A stretch of 64,000 bases of DNA. Source: Amoeboaphelidium protococcarum X5 (lineage: Eukaryota; Fungi; Aphelidiomycota). The position numbers were made by a program, and so were the translations under genes. The notes beneath the pieces were generated by a model, which had not been told where the DNA came from, ran no database searches, and was given only the letters and a program-made list of their open reading frames with translations. The stretch is from positions 1,445,607-1,509,606 of the forward strand of contig JALDTO010000266.1 in NCBI GenBank assembly GCA_023515725.1, written 5' to 3'. This document shows, piece after piece, positions 23,626 through 37,149 of the stretch. Position 1 is the first letter of the stretch. The number at the start of each line of letters is the position of its first letter.

Positions 23626-26529
23626 TCAAATCAGAGGTGGAGGTAAATCTACAGGAGAACTCAGAATCTTCTCCACCTGACTCTGATCATCTTCGCGGTC
23701 ATCAATGGTGGTGACCAGTGAAGTGGATATAAATGGCAGATTCTACTGCTGTGCATTGGGCAATCCAATGAAATCAGACGGTGGAGCAGGCCGTATTGAC
23801 ATTCTAAGAGCAGCAGCACTTGCAGATCGAGATTATGACGATGATGTAGTCGCTCCGCTGGATGAAGACTCTTTAGATCTCACACGTCGACTTACTCGGT
23901 CGTTCACGTTGGAATTAGTCTCAGCTTACAAAGGGGGTTAATATTCAACATTGTTAGCCGGGGTCGACGATGACAACTGCGGCGAATAAGAGCCATAACC
24001 ATCCATCATCAGCAGTCTCGACCTTCTCTTCTACTCATCGTGCTTCTCTAGAATGCGCTTCTTCAGCATCTCATCCAGGACACCATTACCGGGCATTTCA
24101 CGCCTCAGTGGAGGATAATCAGGCACAGGAGGGGCGGGTCGTCTAGAGGTGGGAGTATGTACGCCATTAGACGTGGAAATCATACTAAATCTATTATTCT
24201 GATTATTATTAACGACAGAGTGACGAGGTGATGCAGATTGAACGTCTACGGATAAAGCGGGAGATTAAAGGGAAGTACTACCTTGTGCAATAGGCGAGGA
24301 TGGAGGAGTCTTATCACCACTTCTAAGGCTTAGTCGTTTATCATTTAGACTAGTGTTGATGTCATTGTTGTTAATATTACTTCCAACGCTACACCGCAAA
24401 CTCTCCTTCAATCGATTCAACTCAGACTCTAACCTCTGGACCATGGCACTTAACTTCTCATTCTACTTTACCAGTTTGATATTCTAATCCATAAGCTTCG
24501 AATACTTCTTCTACAACTATTCATATTCGTCAGTCTAGGAAGATTCTTGCTATGTCTACTAACCTTACTGAGATGGACGCAAAGTAATTATGTCCAATAC
24601 AAGTTCAATATCAGAGCATATAACTTGCAGAAAATTAGATGGCACTAGACCATGAATCCCAATCTATGCCTATCCAGCACTGCCAATCTGCTCACACGTC
24701 CACCAACCCTCTTTATGGAAATCAAAACTGGAGTCAGCACGCGTATAGATAATAAAAAACTAATTTACCACGAATGACAACTCTTAGAGACCTTGAGCAT
24801 CCACTATATCACTTGCTGATTAATACGCATATATAGACTTGGCGATACCAACAACTTTGTATTGAATGCTACCACTTTAGCTCTAACTCGCCCACCATAA
24901 CCCAGAGTCCTCAGACTAAAAGAAATTGGAGCACAGATCAGATACAGACATGAACAACATATTCACATGCTTAATCATATCCAGAACAACGGCATTGATA
25001 TACGCTGCATTCATCACCATCTACTAGGCGCTAGTCTCTTCAGCCAATTCACATCTGAGAATATTAGGAGCCAGCACTGTGGCCATATTCTATAGAGACA
25101 TTTTATTATGAGAGCTATTACTCTCTTCAGATACTAAACTACTGAACTGTAACAATGTGCATAGCAAGTCTCTATTCTCGGACGGCAAACTATTGACCAG
25201 GACATACATCTACCATAGACGTTAGGCACCACCATGCTGTTAGTCTATAGACTACTGAGACTGAGCACATGCAATAAACGCATCAAATAGATCAAATGTC
25301 AACAGAGGATCAGGCAATTCACGAAGAAATAACTTTACCACACCAGCAACAGCATGTCCATCACCCAGATTGATATAGTCCAAAAGAGCATCTTCACCAC
25401 CGGCCAGAAACTTCATTCCACCATCAGGATCATTATCAAAAAGGTTCTTCAACTTTAACACGGTGGATTACGCGCCACTTAGTCTGAATATTCCCTCTGT
25501 CTACAAGTCATACTTTTTCAAATGCCTCAACAATACTTTAATGATGACAGGGATCTGAGTACCGGGAACTTTTGGCACAGCATAAAGTGGAATACCAAAT
25601 GTGCTATTGATCGGAGTATGAGGTGAAGCATCTTTACCATGTGCAGATTTACTACTACTTTTACTGTGACCATGACTGACAATCTTGGTCAACTTCTTCA
25701 TGGTACTGGAGGACATTTTCTTGGTCTCTTGAAAGAATTGGCCAACAGTTATAGATGCAGATGATGTAGTGGAATTATTACTGGCTTAGAGCTCGGATTA
25801 AATCTACTGATTATTATTATCTTTAGATACAGAGTGAAGAGATGGAGACGACTTGTGAGAGGACAATAACGTAATATCTGACGCACAATCACTCAACTGT
25901 TACTTATAAGCACCTGATGATGATGATGTTTACTACTGCTAAACTGTGAGCAGTAATGGCGATTAGTCACTCTAAGTCATTACAGATGCCTGATGGGAAA
26001 CCTTAACATCCGTTGCAGTGTTAACATCACCGCCATGCACGCTAAGAGTGGTAAACTGCTTCTATAAATTCTACTAATCTGCACGCCGTAATTTCCTCAG
26101 GGTCTTGGACTTTTCACCGGCAGCTTTCACCAATGCCTAATTACTATTGCTAGTATTATAATTATTAGTATCATAACTCTTCTTACTAGATACTTATTAT
26201 TTCAATGAATGGTCAAATTTGACCAACTAGATCGCGTCATTGTCCAGCCACGAGAATTGCGGGTACTAATTCAGAGAGAGGTTATGATCGAGCATCAATC
26301 CACTGCCTCCTTCATCAGTGCTGTTATTATTATTATTATTATGAGATTCAGTAGTAGATGCAGAAGGCTTGTATAGATTACAATCTCGCATAAATTCCGC
26401 GTCCAAATTACACTTCTTTTGCACCAGATGCATCACCGTCTTTAGAGGATCATCCCGCCCCACCCGAATACACTTCATCACACCCAGCTCTGGGATCTCC
26501 ACACGCAAAATAACACTATCCTGAGTCAT
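23626..26529 (-). CDS. RhoGAP protein with N-terminal ubiquitin-like (FERM-F0-like) domain, SH3 and coiled coil
   Basis: Arginine finger EGIFRLSG, plus [15 protein letters not shown] and [19 protein letters not shown]3 (ELSF...GWW...GLVPSNF). The N-terminus [17 protein letters not shown] is F0-like. Confidence 0.85.
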
Positions 26530-26968
26530 AATAAATGTAAAAGTAAGAATATTAATCTAGTAATAGCCAGTCACACAATAAATGGAAACTAAATTCCCTA
26601 AATTAGGCAATGACTGAATGGACAATAAAATAAGGCAAAAAGCTCGTGTAACACGCTCGCAGGGTTTCTTTCTGTTTATTGTACAGTCAGTCTCGCCGAG
26701 TTGATGTTGCCGCGTCTGGGGAAGGGAAGGAAAATGGTGTAAAATGGGCGCAAACCGCACAACACAAAGGCGCCCCTGAGAATATTTATTGACGCAGCTC
26801 ATGTGTATGATTGATCCTTCTTTGGTGGCGAATTCTTTCTGTTTCAGAACTAATGGAATTCTAGTGTCATTTATACGTGTGTTTTAATACTCGTTTAGAC
26901 GTCGTCGTCATAACCGTAATACTGTAATAAAGATAAAGATCAAAGAGTGAATTTTCTAGTAAACAAAG

Positions 26969-28039
26969 TCAAACATTATATTACTACTATTATTATTAGT
27001 TGGCAGCATTCTAGCTATTATGGTACATGTTTAGGAAATAGTCTAGTTCGTACATGAGAATGTCTTTGGCATAGTGTATGGTGACCGGTGTGGTGGGATA
27101 AAAGCTGACTGTGCGATCCCACTCTCTCCACATTTCAATGTCGCGCGGCAGGTGAGGAGTGAACGCGTCATTATGACTCAGCGTAACGTTGAAATGCTCC
27201 TTCACACACCAACTGAGAACCACATCTTCACCCAGCGATTCCTCAATCACCTGGCCATTATTGAGTCGCCGGCAGCGGTTAACATTAGGTGCAAACTGAG
27301 ATAAGAATTTACTGCTCAACACATACCCAGCACCACCCGACAGAATATAATTATCTCCCGTAAACGCAGTCTTTATCCTTCGCCCAATTACATAAGGCTT
27401 AGATTGCGGATCTTTATACTAGCTCAGCATTCGGACCAGACTGGGAATCAAAACGCTGGTATCATCATCAATCTTTAAGAACCACTAATACTTTATTCTA
27501 GGCAAACGCATTTTATCAATCGAATTATCAGACTCCAGGGACACCTGATGTTTGTACAAATACTTCCACATAGTCAGAGTCTTCTCTGTGATGTGATGTG
27601 AATTCTATTCCCATGTAGGTAGCTGGATAAACATATGTCTAGGTGGAGCGGTGAGATTACGATTGAGAAATGGGTGTACGTTACTACCATACTTGTTGTA
27701 TCTAGAGTTGCTGGCAATACTACTCCGGCTACCACCCAGATCTTAACCGAGATTAAAAATGTCTTCGTAATCCATAGCCAAGCCCGTCCTTCCAATAAAG
27801 AATCTGATAGTCACCTACGACCGCTCCGGAGCTCCCCAAGTATTAAATATAGCAAGACATCGCTGAATAGTCTATGGGGAAGTCATCACAGCGATAAATA
27901 TATCTCGTCCATTCTCACGAATTTCTCTGTCCAGCACTGCTTGATAATACATATTCAGCTGAAATGATGTAGCAAGTAGGATAATCACAACAACCAGTAC
28001 AATCACTGGCGATACCCAACTCCTCTTTACCAATTTCAT
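26969..28039 (-). CDS. GT31 family (Fringe/C1GalT-like) glycosyltransferase, type II membrane protein
   Basis: N-terminal TM, IFIAVMT...TWG, WFLKIDDDT (DxD), SGGAGYVLS and EDVVLSWC. A run of six TAA/TAG codons (poly-Q) lies shortly before the TGA. Confidence 0.85.
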
Positions 28040-28395
28040 TTTCCTGAATCTAGCGTTAAATTAAAAATCATAAGCCATCTTTTCTACTATTTCAATGAAT
28101 GTGTAAGAAGCTTTTAAATCTCTGTAGGATCTGACAGCGTTACGTAATATAGGGCAAGAAAATCTAAGGGAAACTTAACGGCAAAGAGAGAGAAAGAGCG
28201 ATCGGGAAAACGCGTTACGCCGCCACTCAAATCAACAAAAGGGAACAAGCAAACAAACAAACCATTTTGGTCATCAGATCGTTCTCAAGCTTATGATTTA
28301 GCTTATTCAAGTGTTCATATCGGAAATGTTGCTGCGCAAAACGTGATAATAATGATAGATTAATAGATCTTAGAGTTCTTAAGCACCGTCCGTAA

Positions 28396-30057
28396 TCATT
28401 ATTCAGGACCTTGGCCGTGGATAATCACATCGTCAATCTTGAGAATCATCTTGACCATTTGGGTGGCCAGCAGTAATTACTAGCGCTTTGAAGCCAGAGG
28501 ATCAATCACGAACTGAGCCTTCATGTCATTAGTTCCCTTCTGCATACAATCGATGCCAAATACGGCCGATCCGCTGACTGACTATTTCAACATTTTCACT
28601 TGCTCAGCTTTGACTTCGGCCAGGGACTCAATAGGGGACAATCCGCTATTTTCAGCCAGAGTCATTGGGATCACATCAAGCGCGCGAGCATAACTGCGCA
28701 TAGCATACTACTCCACACCGGTGCAACTGTCGGCAACCTTATCTACAGCCAGGCTACAAGAAATCTCCGCACTACCACCACCATACACGACACGATTGTC
28801 ACGAATGAGATTTCTGACAACACAAATTGCATCGTGCAGAGAACGCCTTGCTTCATCAATGATCATCTGATTTCCACCGCGAATGAACACGGTCACTGCA
28901 CCTACACCGTTAGTTCTAGTCGTCTCACCACCCTCAATCACTAGCATCTTGTCACGTGTGGTACCAAAAGTCAATTCTCTGACTAGCGCCGCCTTGCCCA
29001 ACTTGTCAGCAGTCAGATCTTCAAAGCGCGGCACGATACGACCACTGGTGGCAATGGCAATCAACTCAATCTCTGGTCCACCAACCCATCTGACAGCAGG
29101 TAGTTTATTCTACAGTAGCAAATGGTTAGCTTCATCATCAAATCCCCACTAACAAATAGCCAAGTTGGCACCACAATCCTTGATCTTCTTGATCATATCT
29201 TCGAAAGTCTTCTTCTCATACTCGCGCAGAGCCTTGAACTCCTCAACGTTAGTAATGTCCAACTTGTGCTTAGTCTTTGGCTTTGGTGGTTCAAACGGGC
29301 AGGTAAGGATGGCAATCTTGGCGTCTTTCACCTCTTTAGGCATCTGAGGATGGGAAAAGTCCTTGTCTACCAAAACTCCCTTGATCAAGGTAGAATCGGA
29401 GAGGGAACCACCGACTTTACCTTCAATCTTGATCAAATCGAACTGAACATCCTTGCGCTCCAAGTCAGCGACAGAGAGCACTGCATCGACAGCAATCTTG
29501 GTGAACAGATCATGATGCTTCGACACGATTTTGGAGCCCAGCGATGTCTTGGCAGTCTTCAGCAGATTGTCCAAATTCTTCGGGCCATACTCGATCTGGT
29601 CAGCAATGGCGTTCAAATGCTCACAGGCAACCTGACACGCACGCTCAAATCCATCAGAAACTTTCGCCGGGTGAATTCCCTTAGCAATAAGTTCCTCAGC
29701 TTCATCAAGTAGTGCACCGGCCAGAACGACAACTCCAGTGGTACCGTCTCCAATCTCCTCGTCCTGGCTCCTACTCAGCTGAACCATCAGACGCGCAATT
29801 TGATTGTTATTCGAGACATCCATCTGCGACATTATCGTGGCACCATCATTCGTCACAGTAACCTCACCATCTGGAGACATCATGATCTTGTCCAATCCCT
29901 TTGGACCGAGCGAAGACTTTACAATGTTGGCCACAGTCTTACCAGCCAGGATGTGGCTCTTGATCGCCTCAACACCGCGCAATCTCATCTACTTCTCCTG
30001 TTCTCTCACTATAATGAGCGGGCGTCCATACTCATCGACAGCGTAATATGCAGACAT
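28396..30057 (-). CDS. CCT5: T-complex protein 1 subunit epsilon
   Basis: [61 protein letters not shown] and MILKIDDVI. Confidence 0.98.
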
Positions 30058-30303
30058 AATATTTCACAGTGAAAGTTTTATAATCTTGTTCAACAACTAT
30101 GAAGTACTAACAGAACGTTGGAAAGAAATGAGTCGAAGCTTTACGAGGGAACGAACGAATGATGGAGCATCCTACGAGCGCGTCGTTCGTTACGATTTAA
30201 CTTGAGAGAGAGAGAGGCGTCACAAAGCAAACGAATAGGTAGTAATTTGTTCGAAAAATTAACAGCCATATCAAAATAGCCGCATTGCTATTACTTAAAA
30301 CAT

Positions 30304-30873
<570 letters not shown>

Positions 30874-31024
30874 CTATAGTGATCTTGCTATGTGTTTACA
30901 AGGTAGCGGGATTGAGTAAGAGAGCAAGTTAGTGTGAGAAAAAGGAACTCTTCCGTGATATATAGTCACCAAGCGAAGATTTGTAAATCTTAAATCTATT
31001 CTTTGAGTGGCTCAAAATCAATGT

Positions 31025-32896
31025 TCATTGCTTAGAAGCATTTAGACTTACTTTTCGCTTTAATGCGGAAGAGCTTGCGGAAAAATAGTCTTGGCCTTAG
31101 TTACTTCCACCACTATTCCCAGAGCGCGTTATTCTCAGTCCTTAAACATCGTTTGCCACTAGAGAGGACGCGCTCATATTTCTAACTTCTGTAGATGATG
31201 ATAAGCTGGCACTTTTCAGCGGTACACCCGAGCTATTCAATTGTAAGTCGCGCTCTAATTTCCTAGGCTGCAGCGGAACTTGCATTCCAGAATTGGTCGT
31301 CTTTGCCACAGTCTCGTAACCAGAGTTGGCGGAAAGCGCGAGATTAGTCAAGCTGGATTTTGTATTGTATCTTGCGGCTTCCTGTCTACCTAGTGCTTTC
31401 AACTTCTATTCCATTGATTCCAACCAGTTTTGCTAAGGGCCAACAACAGAACCTGGTCTCATCACGCGAATCCAACTGATGCAATCTTTAGCCGTCCATC
31501 CCAATGTTCTAATCATCCAACAGCAGATCAGCGACCCGGTTCTACCTAAACCAGCTTTGCAATGTATTGCCAAAGAACCACGCTGACCCACATTGTAGGC
31601 TTTCTATGAAGCTCCATACAGAGGTCCAGCGTAAGGATGTTTCAGCAAGTTGTATGGCAACGTTTAATCACAGATTTCCAGAAACTGGCGAACAATTTCA
31701 TCACTTGGTACAGATCCATCCGGGAAGAAGAGCTCGTAATGACTGACACCACCCTCAATGACGCGCTACCTATCATATAAAGGATTGTTTAGTCTAATCA
31801 ATCCTTTGACGTTGTTCTCTCTGTAATATCGCACAATATAATCTAGGTTGATCATAGGATGATAGCGGCGATTTACAGGCCTTAACGGGATCACTCGACC
31901 AGCTGCTACATCCTCGTGATATCGCATAAGATGAGGTAATGGCTTATCGTGAGGAGTTGCCAAGGCTAGAAAGAAATCTGGTATAATCCAATTCCAGTCG
32001 CCATTCTCAACTCTTTCATAGAAATCGTATTATTCCACTGGAAAAGTGTCTAAATCAATGAGCTTGTGTATCTTGACACCCTTCTCAAGCGCACGCAAAA
32101 TATCCAGATTATTAATCCAGTAAGTTGCACTACCGTAACCTGCATCTCTAAATGGCATCAAGTTACTGGAAGGTAATGAAGTCAGCTTTTAATAGGCTAC
32201 TTCTGGCACCATGTCTTGATTCAACACCATATAACTGGTGATGAGCAGAGAAATGTTGGAACACTTTTCAGCGGAGGGTGATGTGATGAGCACTAATCTC
32301 ATATTCTGTAGAAATGGGTCCTTCAGCTTCTAGTACATGAGCCTGCCAAATTTCACGATACAGCTAATGTTCAACGGGCCAAAATCAGAGTAGAATGGAG
32401 AGTAGACAAACTCATGATCCACAGAGAACAGGTACGCGTCTGATGGTACATTCTCTGGCTACTATGACATGGCGGTGAAATACAAACGACCAGGTATAAA
32501 CTCTGCACATTGAGAATAAAACTTTTTTCTAATTTCCAGTTCAGCATCAGATACTCTCGGACTGCCGGTATGAACCTTGTCAACACCTCGCAAGCTACCT
32601 TGAGGATGAGGCCAATCATGATCATAATAATCATCGTCGTCGTGGGAAACATGTCGATCCCTTGATGAGGTGGTGGGTGTCTCTGGCGACTACAGAGACT
32701 ACTCAGCTGTGGTCGACTTTTATCTCACACGCACCTATTTAGAATCTTTGGACTTTACTCTCACTTGAGATTAGCTAGAAGATCTTGCACTTGAAACAGC
32801 TTCAGATTCAACATTGTTGTTAACTCTTGTTGGAGTAGTGTCGAAAGGACGTCCTTGTACTTCTTTAACCATTTTGTTCTGGTACCTACTAGACAT
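31025..32896 (-). CDS. CDC14: Dual-specificity phosphatase Cdc14
   Basis: [44 protein letters not shown], catalytic [10 protein letters not shown] and [10 protein letters not shown]. The start codon was chosen as the upstream in-frame ATG. Confidence 0.95.
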
Positions 32897-33236
32897 TTTA
32901 TCTATTGATGGTAGCAAGGGAAGAGTCGTCAATGAAATCTATATCTCTTCCACTTCACACAGTATATATTTAGCCTTGGAGTACATTTATAGATGTTCGC
33001 GCGTTGTACCCTTGACTACGATTTGTACCGGTGGTTCAGTACTAAAACTAATGATACATAGATAGATAAATATAATAGTTGATATTAAAATTGGGACTTT
33101 ATGGCTCATAAATGTGCACAATTGTCGCATCGCTGCAAAATGTGCCGTCTGTATGTCCTATGATTGTGGTGACTGTATACGTGTCGCATTGTATTTATAC
33201 TGCCCGGATCTTGCAAGGTGAAGATATAAAATCAAG

Positions 33237-34993
33237 ATGCTCGAACTAAATCAATTGCGATAGCTGTGTAACTGCATAGAAATGTATGTTCTTAACGGGC
33301 CTAGTGAACAATTGATTGTCTTATTTATAAAGTGTCTTACTGAAGTTGTAAAGGTTTTTGATCTTCTGTATACCTCTAATCAATTCTTGGACTGTTATAA
33401 CGTTTGCGTTGGATTACTAACTAAGATGCTGTTCAAACTTTAATTAGTTCAGGTCCCTTTGCTACGTTCAATAATGGATTCGAGAGAGCAAAGATGTGCT
33501 GCTGATATTTAAGTGAATGGGTAGACTACTACGGTGTGTCTGGTCAATTCATACGCGGTCCCGGAGGATATCATTAATGCTGAAGATCATGATTTACGTG
33601 TGGTGCTGAAGAAGCAGCATTTGCTTGACTCTTAAGTGTCATCATCACAAGATGCATAGAATGGCAAAGTGGGAGCTTAAATGATTGGTCGGATATTGCC
33701 TCTGCCATCCTCGTACCATATCAAATGTTTCGGCGATAGTTATCTCAAATTGAATTCCAGCGTTCAATCTTTTCCCATTACATCTCTGTTCACATATTAC
33801 GATGGTGTTCCATAACTGTATCTTATTAGAACTGATGTGGACTGTCCATCCGAGGTTGTGGTAAACTAACAGTGTGGCAAGAGTATGAAATTGGCGTGTC
33901 ATAGTCCGTCGTACGTAGTTGATCATCTGCATTAAATAAGTGCATAGAAGATTTGGGCATAGTCATTATCATAAAGCAGTCTGGCTATTCCGTGGTTAAG
34001 TGGATTTTTGCGTGGCTCTACATATGAGCATTTTCAAGGATTGTATTCAGTCACGCCGTTCCATAAGCAAAAGATCCCTATAATATTTGTTCATGGATTC
34101 TTATCTAACGTGTCAATTTGGGACAAACTCATGTTTTAAGTCGCATAAAGTGGACTTGACAGCTCTTTCTTAATGCTGTATTGGCAAATGCCCACTAATA
34201 GTCCACTGCTATTTGAAGCTTTAGCATTTAAACGCGCTCTATCGCACTTGGCCTCAATGTACGATTAAGCTTCATATCGTAAACATTACTAGAACATGGT
34301 ACTCGTGGGAATGAGTTATGTAAGTTTCATTTGTTTCTACGCTATTGAGTGTTTAATGTATGATTGTAGGGTGGATTATTATGCAGGCTAGTTCTAACTG
34401 ATTTTGCATAGGGGCCGTAATCGCAGTTTAGTCAGTTTCTAATTGGTCATGACTAATATCTTCAGAATTTATTCCAGACTCCGCCGATCGCGGCCGCAGC
34501 TGCAATATTTATTGCTACACCTCATCACGGCGCGTCAGGAAGTAGGTGGCTGACACGCTATTTAACAAATGCCATTCTGCTTCCACGATCGGTTGAATTG
34601 TCTATCAAAAGCTGGCTATCAGGTAACAATGTAGAAACAGCGGACAAGATTCCTCTAAGAAAATATTCAGAGCTAACTGGCTCGTTGGATACCCATTCAG
34701 ATTTGATTAAATTCATATCTGGCACTAAGATTGCTTCGAATGTTCGATGCTTTTCATTCATTGGAGATGCGACTAATACTAGTCTGCGTCGTTAGCTTTT
34801 GTTTACGCTGCCAAGAAGTGCTCGGATTAACATTCACGATGGATCGGTGACGCTGTAAAGCGCGTCTCTGGGACTAAGAGCAGAAGCTGAGTATATTATT
34901 CCAGCTACCCATATGGGAATTTAGCATAACAGAGAACTTGTCAAGTAGTTTATATCAATACTTGCCTAACTGAGTGAACAGTATAATAAATGA
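33237..34993 (+). CDS. Alpha/beta-hydrolase (esterase/lipase, PGAP1/DUF676-like fold); intron 34320-34369
   Basis: IPIIFVHGF oxyanion motif. The nucleophile motif GMSY|GG is split by a GTAAGT...TAG intron. Also FIATPHHG, HDGSV (acid) and ATH (His). Confidence 0.78.
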
Positions 34994-35118
34994 AATTTGG
35001 ATAGTTAATCCTGAAGCTCATGTTAAATTCTAATTCATTTTTCATCAATCAAACTTCATCATTCACTCATTCATCAACTATAAATACCATCATATGATAT
35101 CAAGCAGTACTTCAGCAC

Positions 35119-37149
35119 TCAGCAAAACTGAATGTTCGAGTCAGAAGCACTAGATGATAGACAGCCAACTTGACCACCTCTGATACCACATCTCTTACCT
35201 TATGGACAAGCCAACACATCCCAGCGATTGTCATGATTGCAAGCAGCCAAGGTACTTCCAATACAACTAAATGAGTCGACACCAGAGTTACACGTGGCGA
35301 CTTCAGCAAGGCACAAACTAGAGCTAGGAGAAAACATATCATTTTACTAGGCTGGTATAGTATTCTCAGTTCCATTGTCCAGCAAAGGTAAAACCATATT
35401 GGCAATGCTTTGAACCAAGTCGCCAAGTCCTTATGGTTTGTTCAAAGAGTCGGCCGCATCGTTCTCGGGCATATTCTAAAGCACAGGCACATCAATTGAA
35501 GAATTGAAAGCCGGTAATTGATTATCTGGAATTGCTAAAGGAGTGTTTACTAGAGAGGAAGTGGACTAGTCCGCAGTGCTTTCAGTTTACGGAGGAGAAT
35601 CTTCATCTTCATTTGGAACCACTAAAGTATCAACAGAGTCATCGACAATAGTCTACTGAAAGGTTTGATTTTCATTGGCAGCAGGTTCGGTGGCACCAAT
35701 ACTTGGAGAAGTTCCTGATAGCGCTGTGTGAGCAGTGCCAACCAGAGACTTATCATCCTTGGTATCTCCTGACAATTCCCAGAACATTATTCCACCCAGT
35801 TTCTACTATTGGATATATGAGACTTTTGCCTTGATCGAATCCATGTCCTCATAAGAGATCATTTACTGCGCCCCAGAATTATACACGTATGGTGCTTTGG
35901 CTTTATCATCCCAATGACGGATATAGCCACCAGACGACATCTTGGTCAGCAAATCTTTGTAATCAAAGACACCCGTGTTTCCAGACGTAGCATCATCCCA
36001 AGTACCTTTAGGTACACTGGCAAACTTCTGATAGAGTCCATTATTCTATGAGCCAACACCATTCCATCCTCTGCCATACAAAGCTGCACCCATACAGATC
36101 TTGTTTGATGGCATACCATTCTTGATGTAATACTAGATGGCAACATCGGCTGATATCTTCTCCTTGACTTCAGGATCACCAATGGCTTCATACAAGTTAG
36201 TCATATGACCAGTTTGAGCAGACCATCCACCACGAAAATCATAAGTCATAACAGTGATAAAGTCCAGATATTTATCCAGCTCATTCATATCCCAGTGCTG
36301 CAGTTTATCGAGACCGGCAGGACCAGCAGCGGTAACTAGCAAAGATTTACCATTAGGTGCAGCATCAAAAGCCTCCCTGACAGCTTTGAATAATAAAATC
36401 AAATTCTTGCCATCATCTGGACGATACTTATTAGTTTCCAAACCGCCCAGTACAGGATATTCCCAATCGATATCTATTCCATCAAAGGCATACGTAGTGA
36501 CCAACTCCAGGCAAGAGTCTGCAAACACTTTACGAGTGCCTTCACTGGCTGCGATATCAGAAAACGGTCCAGACCATGTCCAGCCACCGACTGAGAGTAA
36601 AGTCTTCAGACGCGGATGCTTTGGCTTCACCACCTTGTTCAGCTACCACAAATTACCACGGAATGCCTATTTTGCAGTATCCCAACTGTCACCGGGAAAA
36701 GACTTTTCAATATCAGCGTAAGAGTCTCCCAACGTCACTTTACCAGATCCATCCGGCTTTGCAAAAGCATACAGAATGTGAGTCAACTTGTCGACCGGGA
36801 TATCACTGACTTGATAATTTCGCGCGTATATAACCCAATCTGCAAAGTAAGCAACCATGCGATAACCAGAGTCAGACGCGATTGGAGCAGGAGAACCGGC
36901 CTGAGACGAATTAAGAGGTGGGTCGGCAGGGAGAGAAGGGGTAGGAGCAACTGGTACATTGACAGAGGATACACCAGTGCCGACTGTACCAGAAGGAGGG
37001 GGAGTCGCAGGGTCATTGGGAATGGCAGCAGGGGTTTACAGCGGCGGTAGTTGAGACGAGGTTTATGAAGCGGTGATCTGAGCTGAAACACTTGACGCGA
37101 TCAGCAATGAGACGCACAGAGAAGCAATGATTACTCTGAAAGATATCAT
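35119..37149 (-). CDS. Secreted GH18 chitinase with Pro-rich linker and C-terminal CBM19-like Cys module
   Basis: Signal peptide, KTLLSVGGWTWS, catalytic FDGIDIDWEYP, MTYDF and GGIMFWE. C-terminal C-NSG...C...AAC...W...CPQG..C module. Confidence 0.93.

Noticed and set aside
5543-26529. Four SH3-containing genes as a functional cluster
   Set aside because: The functions are unrelated (PEX13, RhoGAP, LASP, I-BAR) and SH3 is common, so chance is a sufficient explanation.
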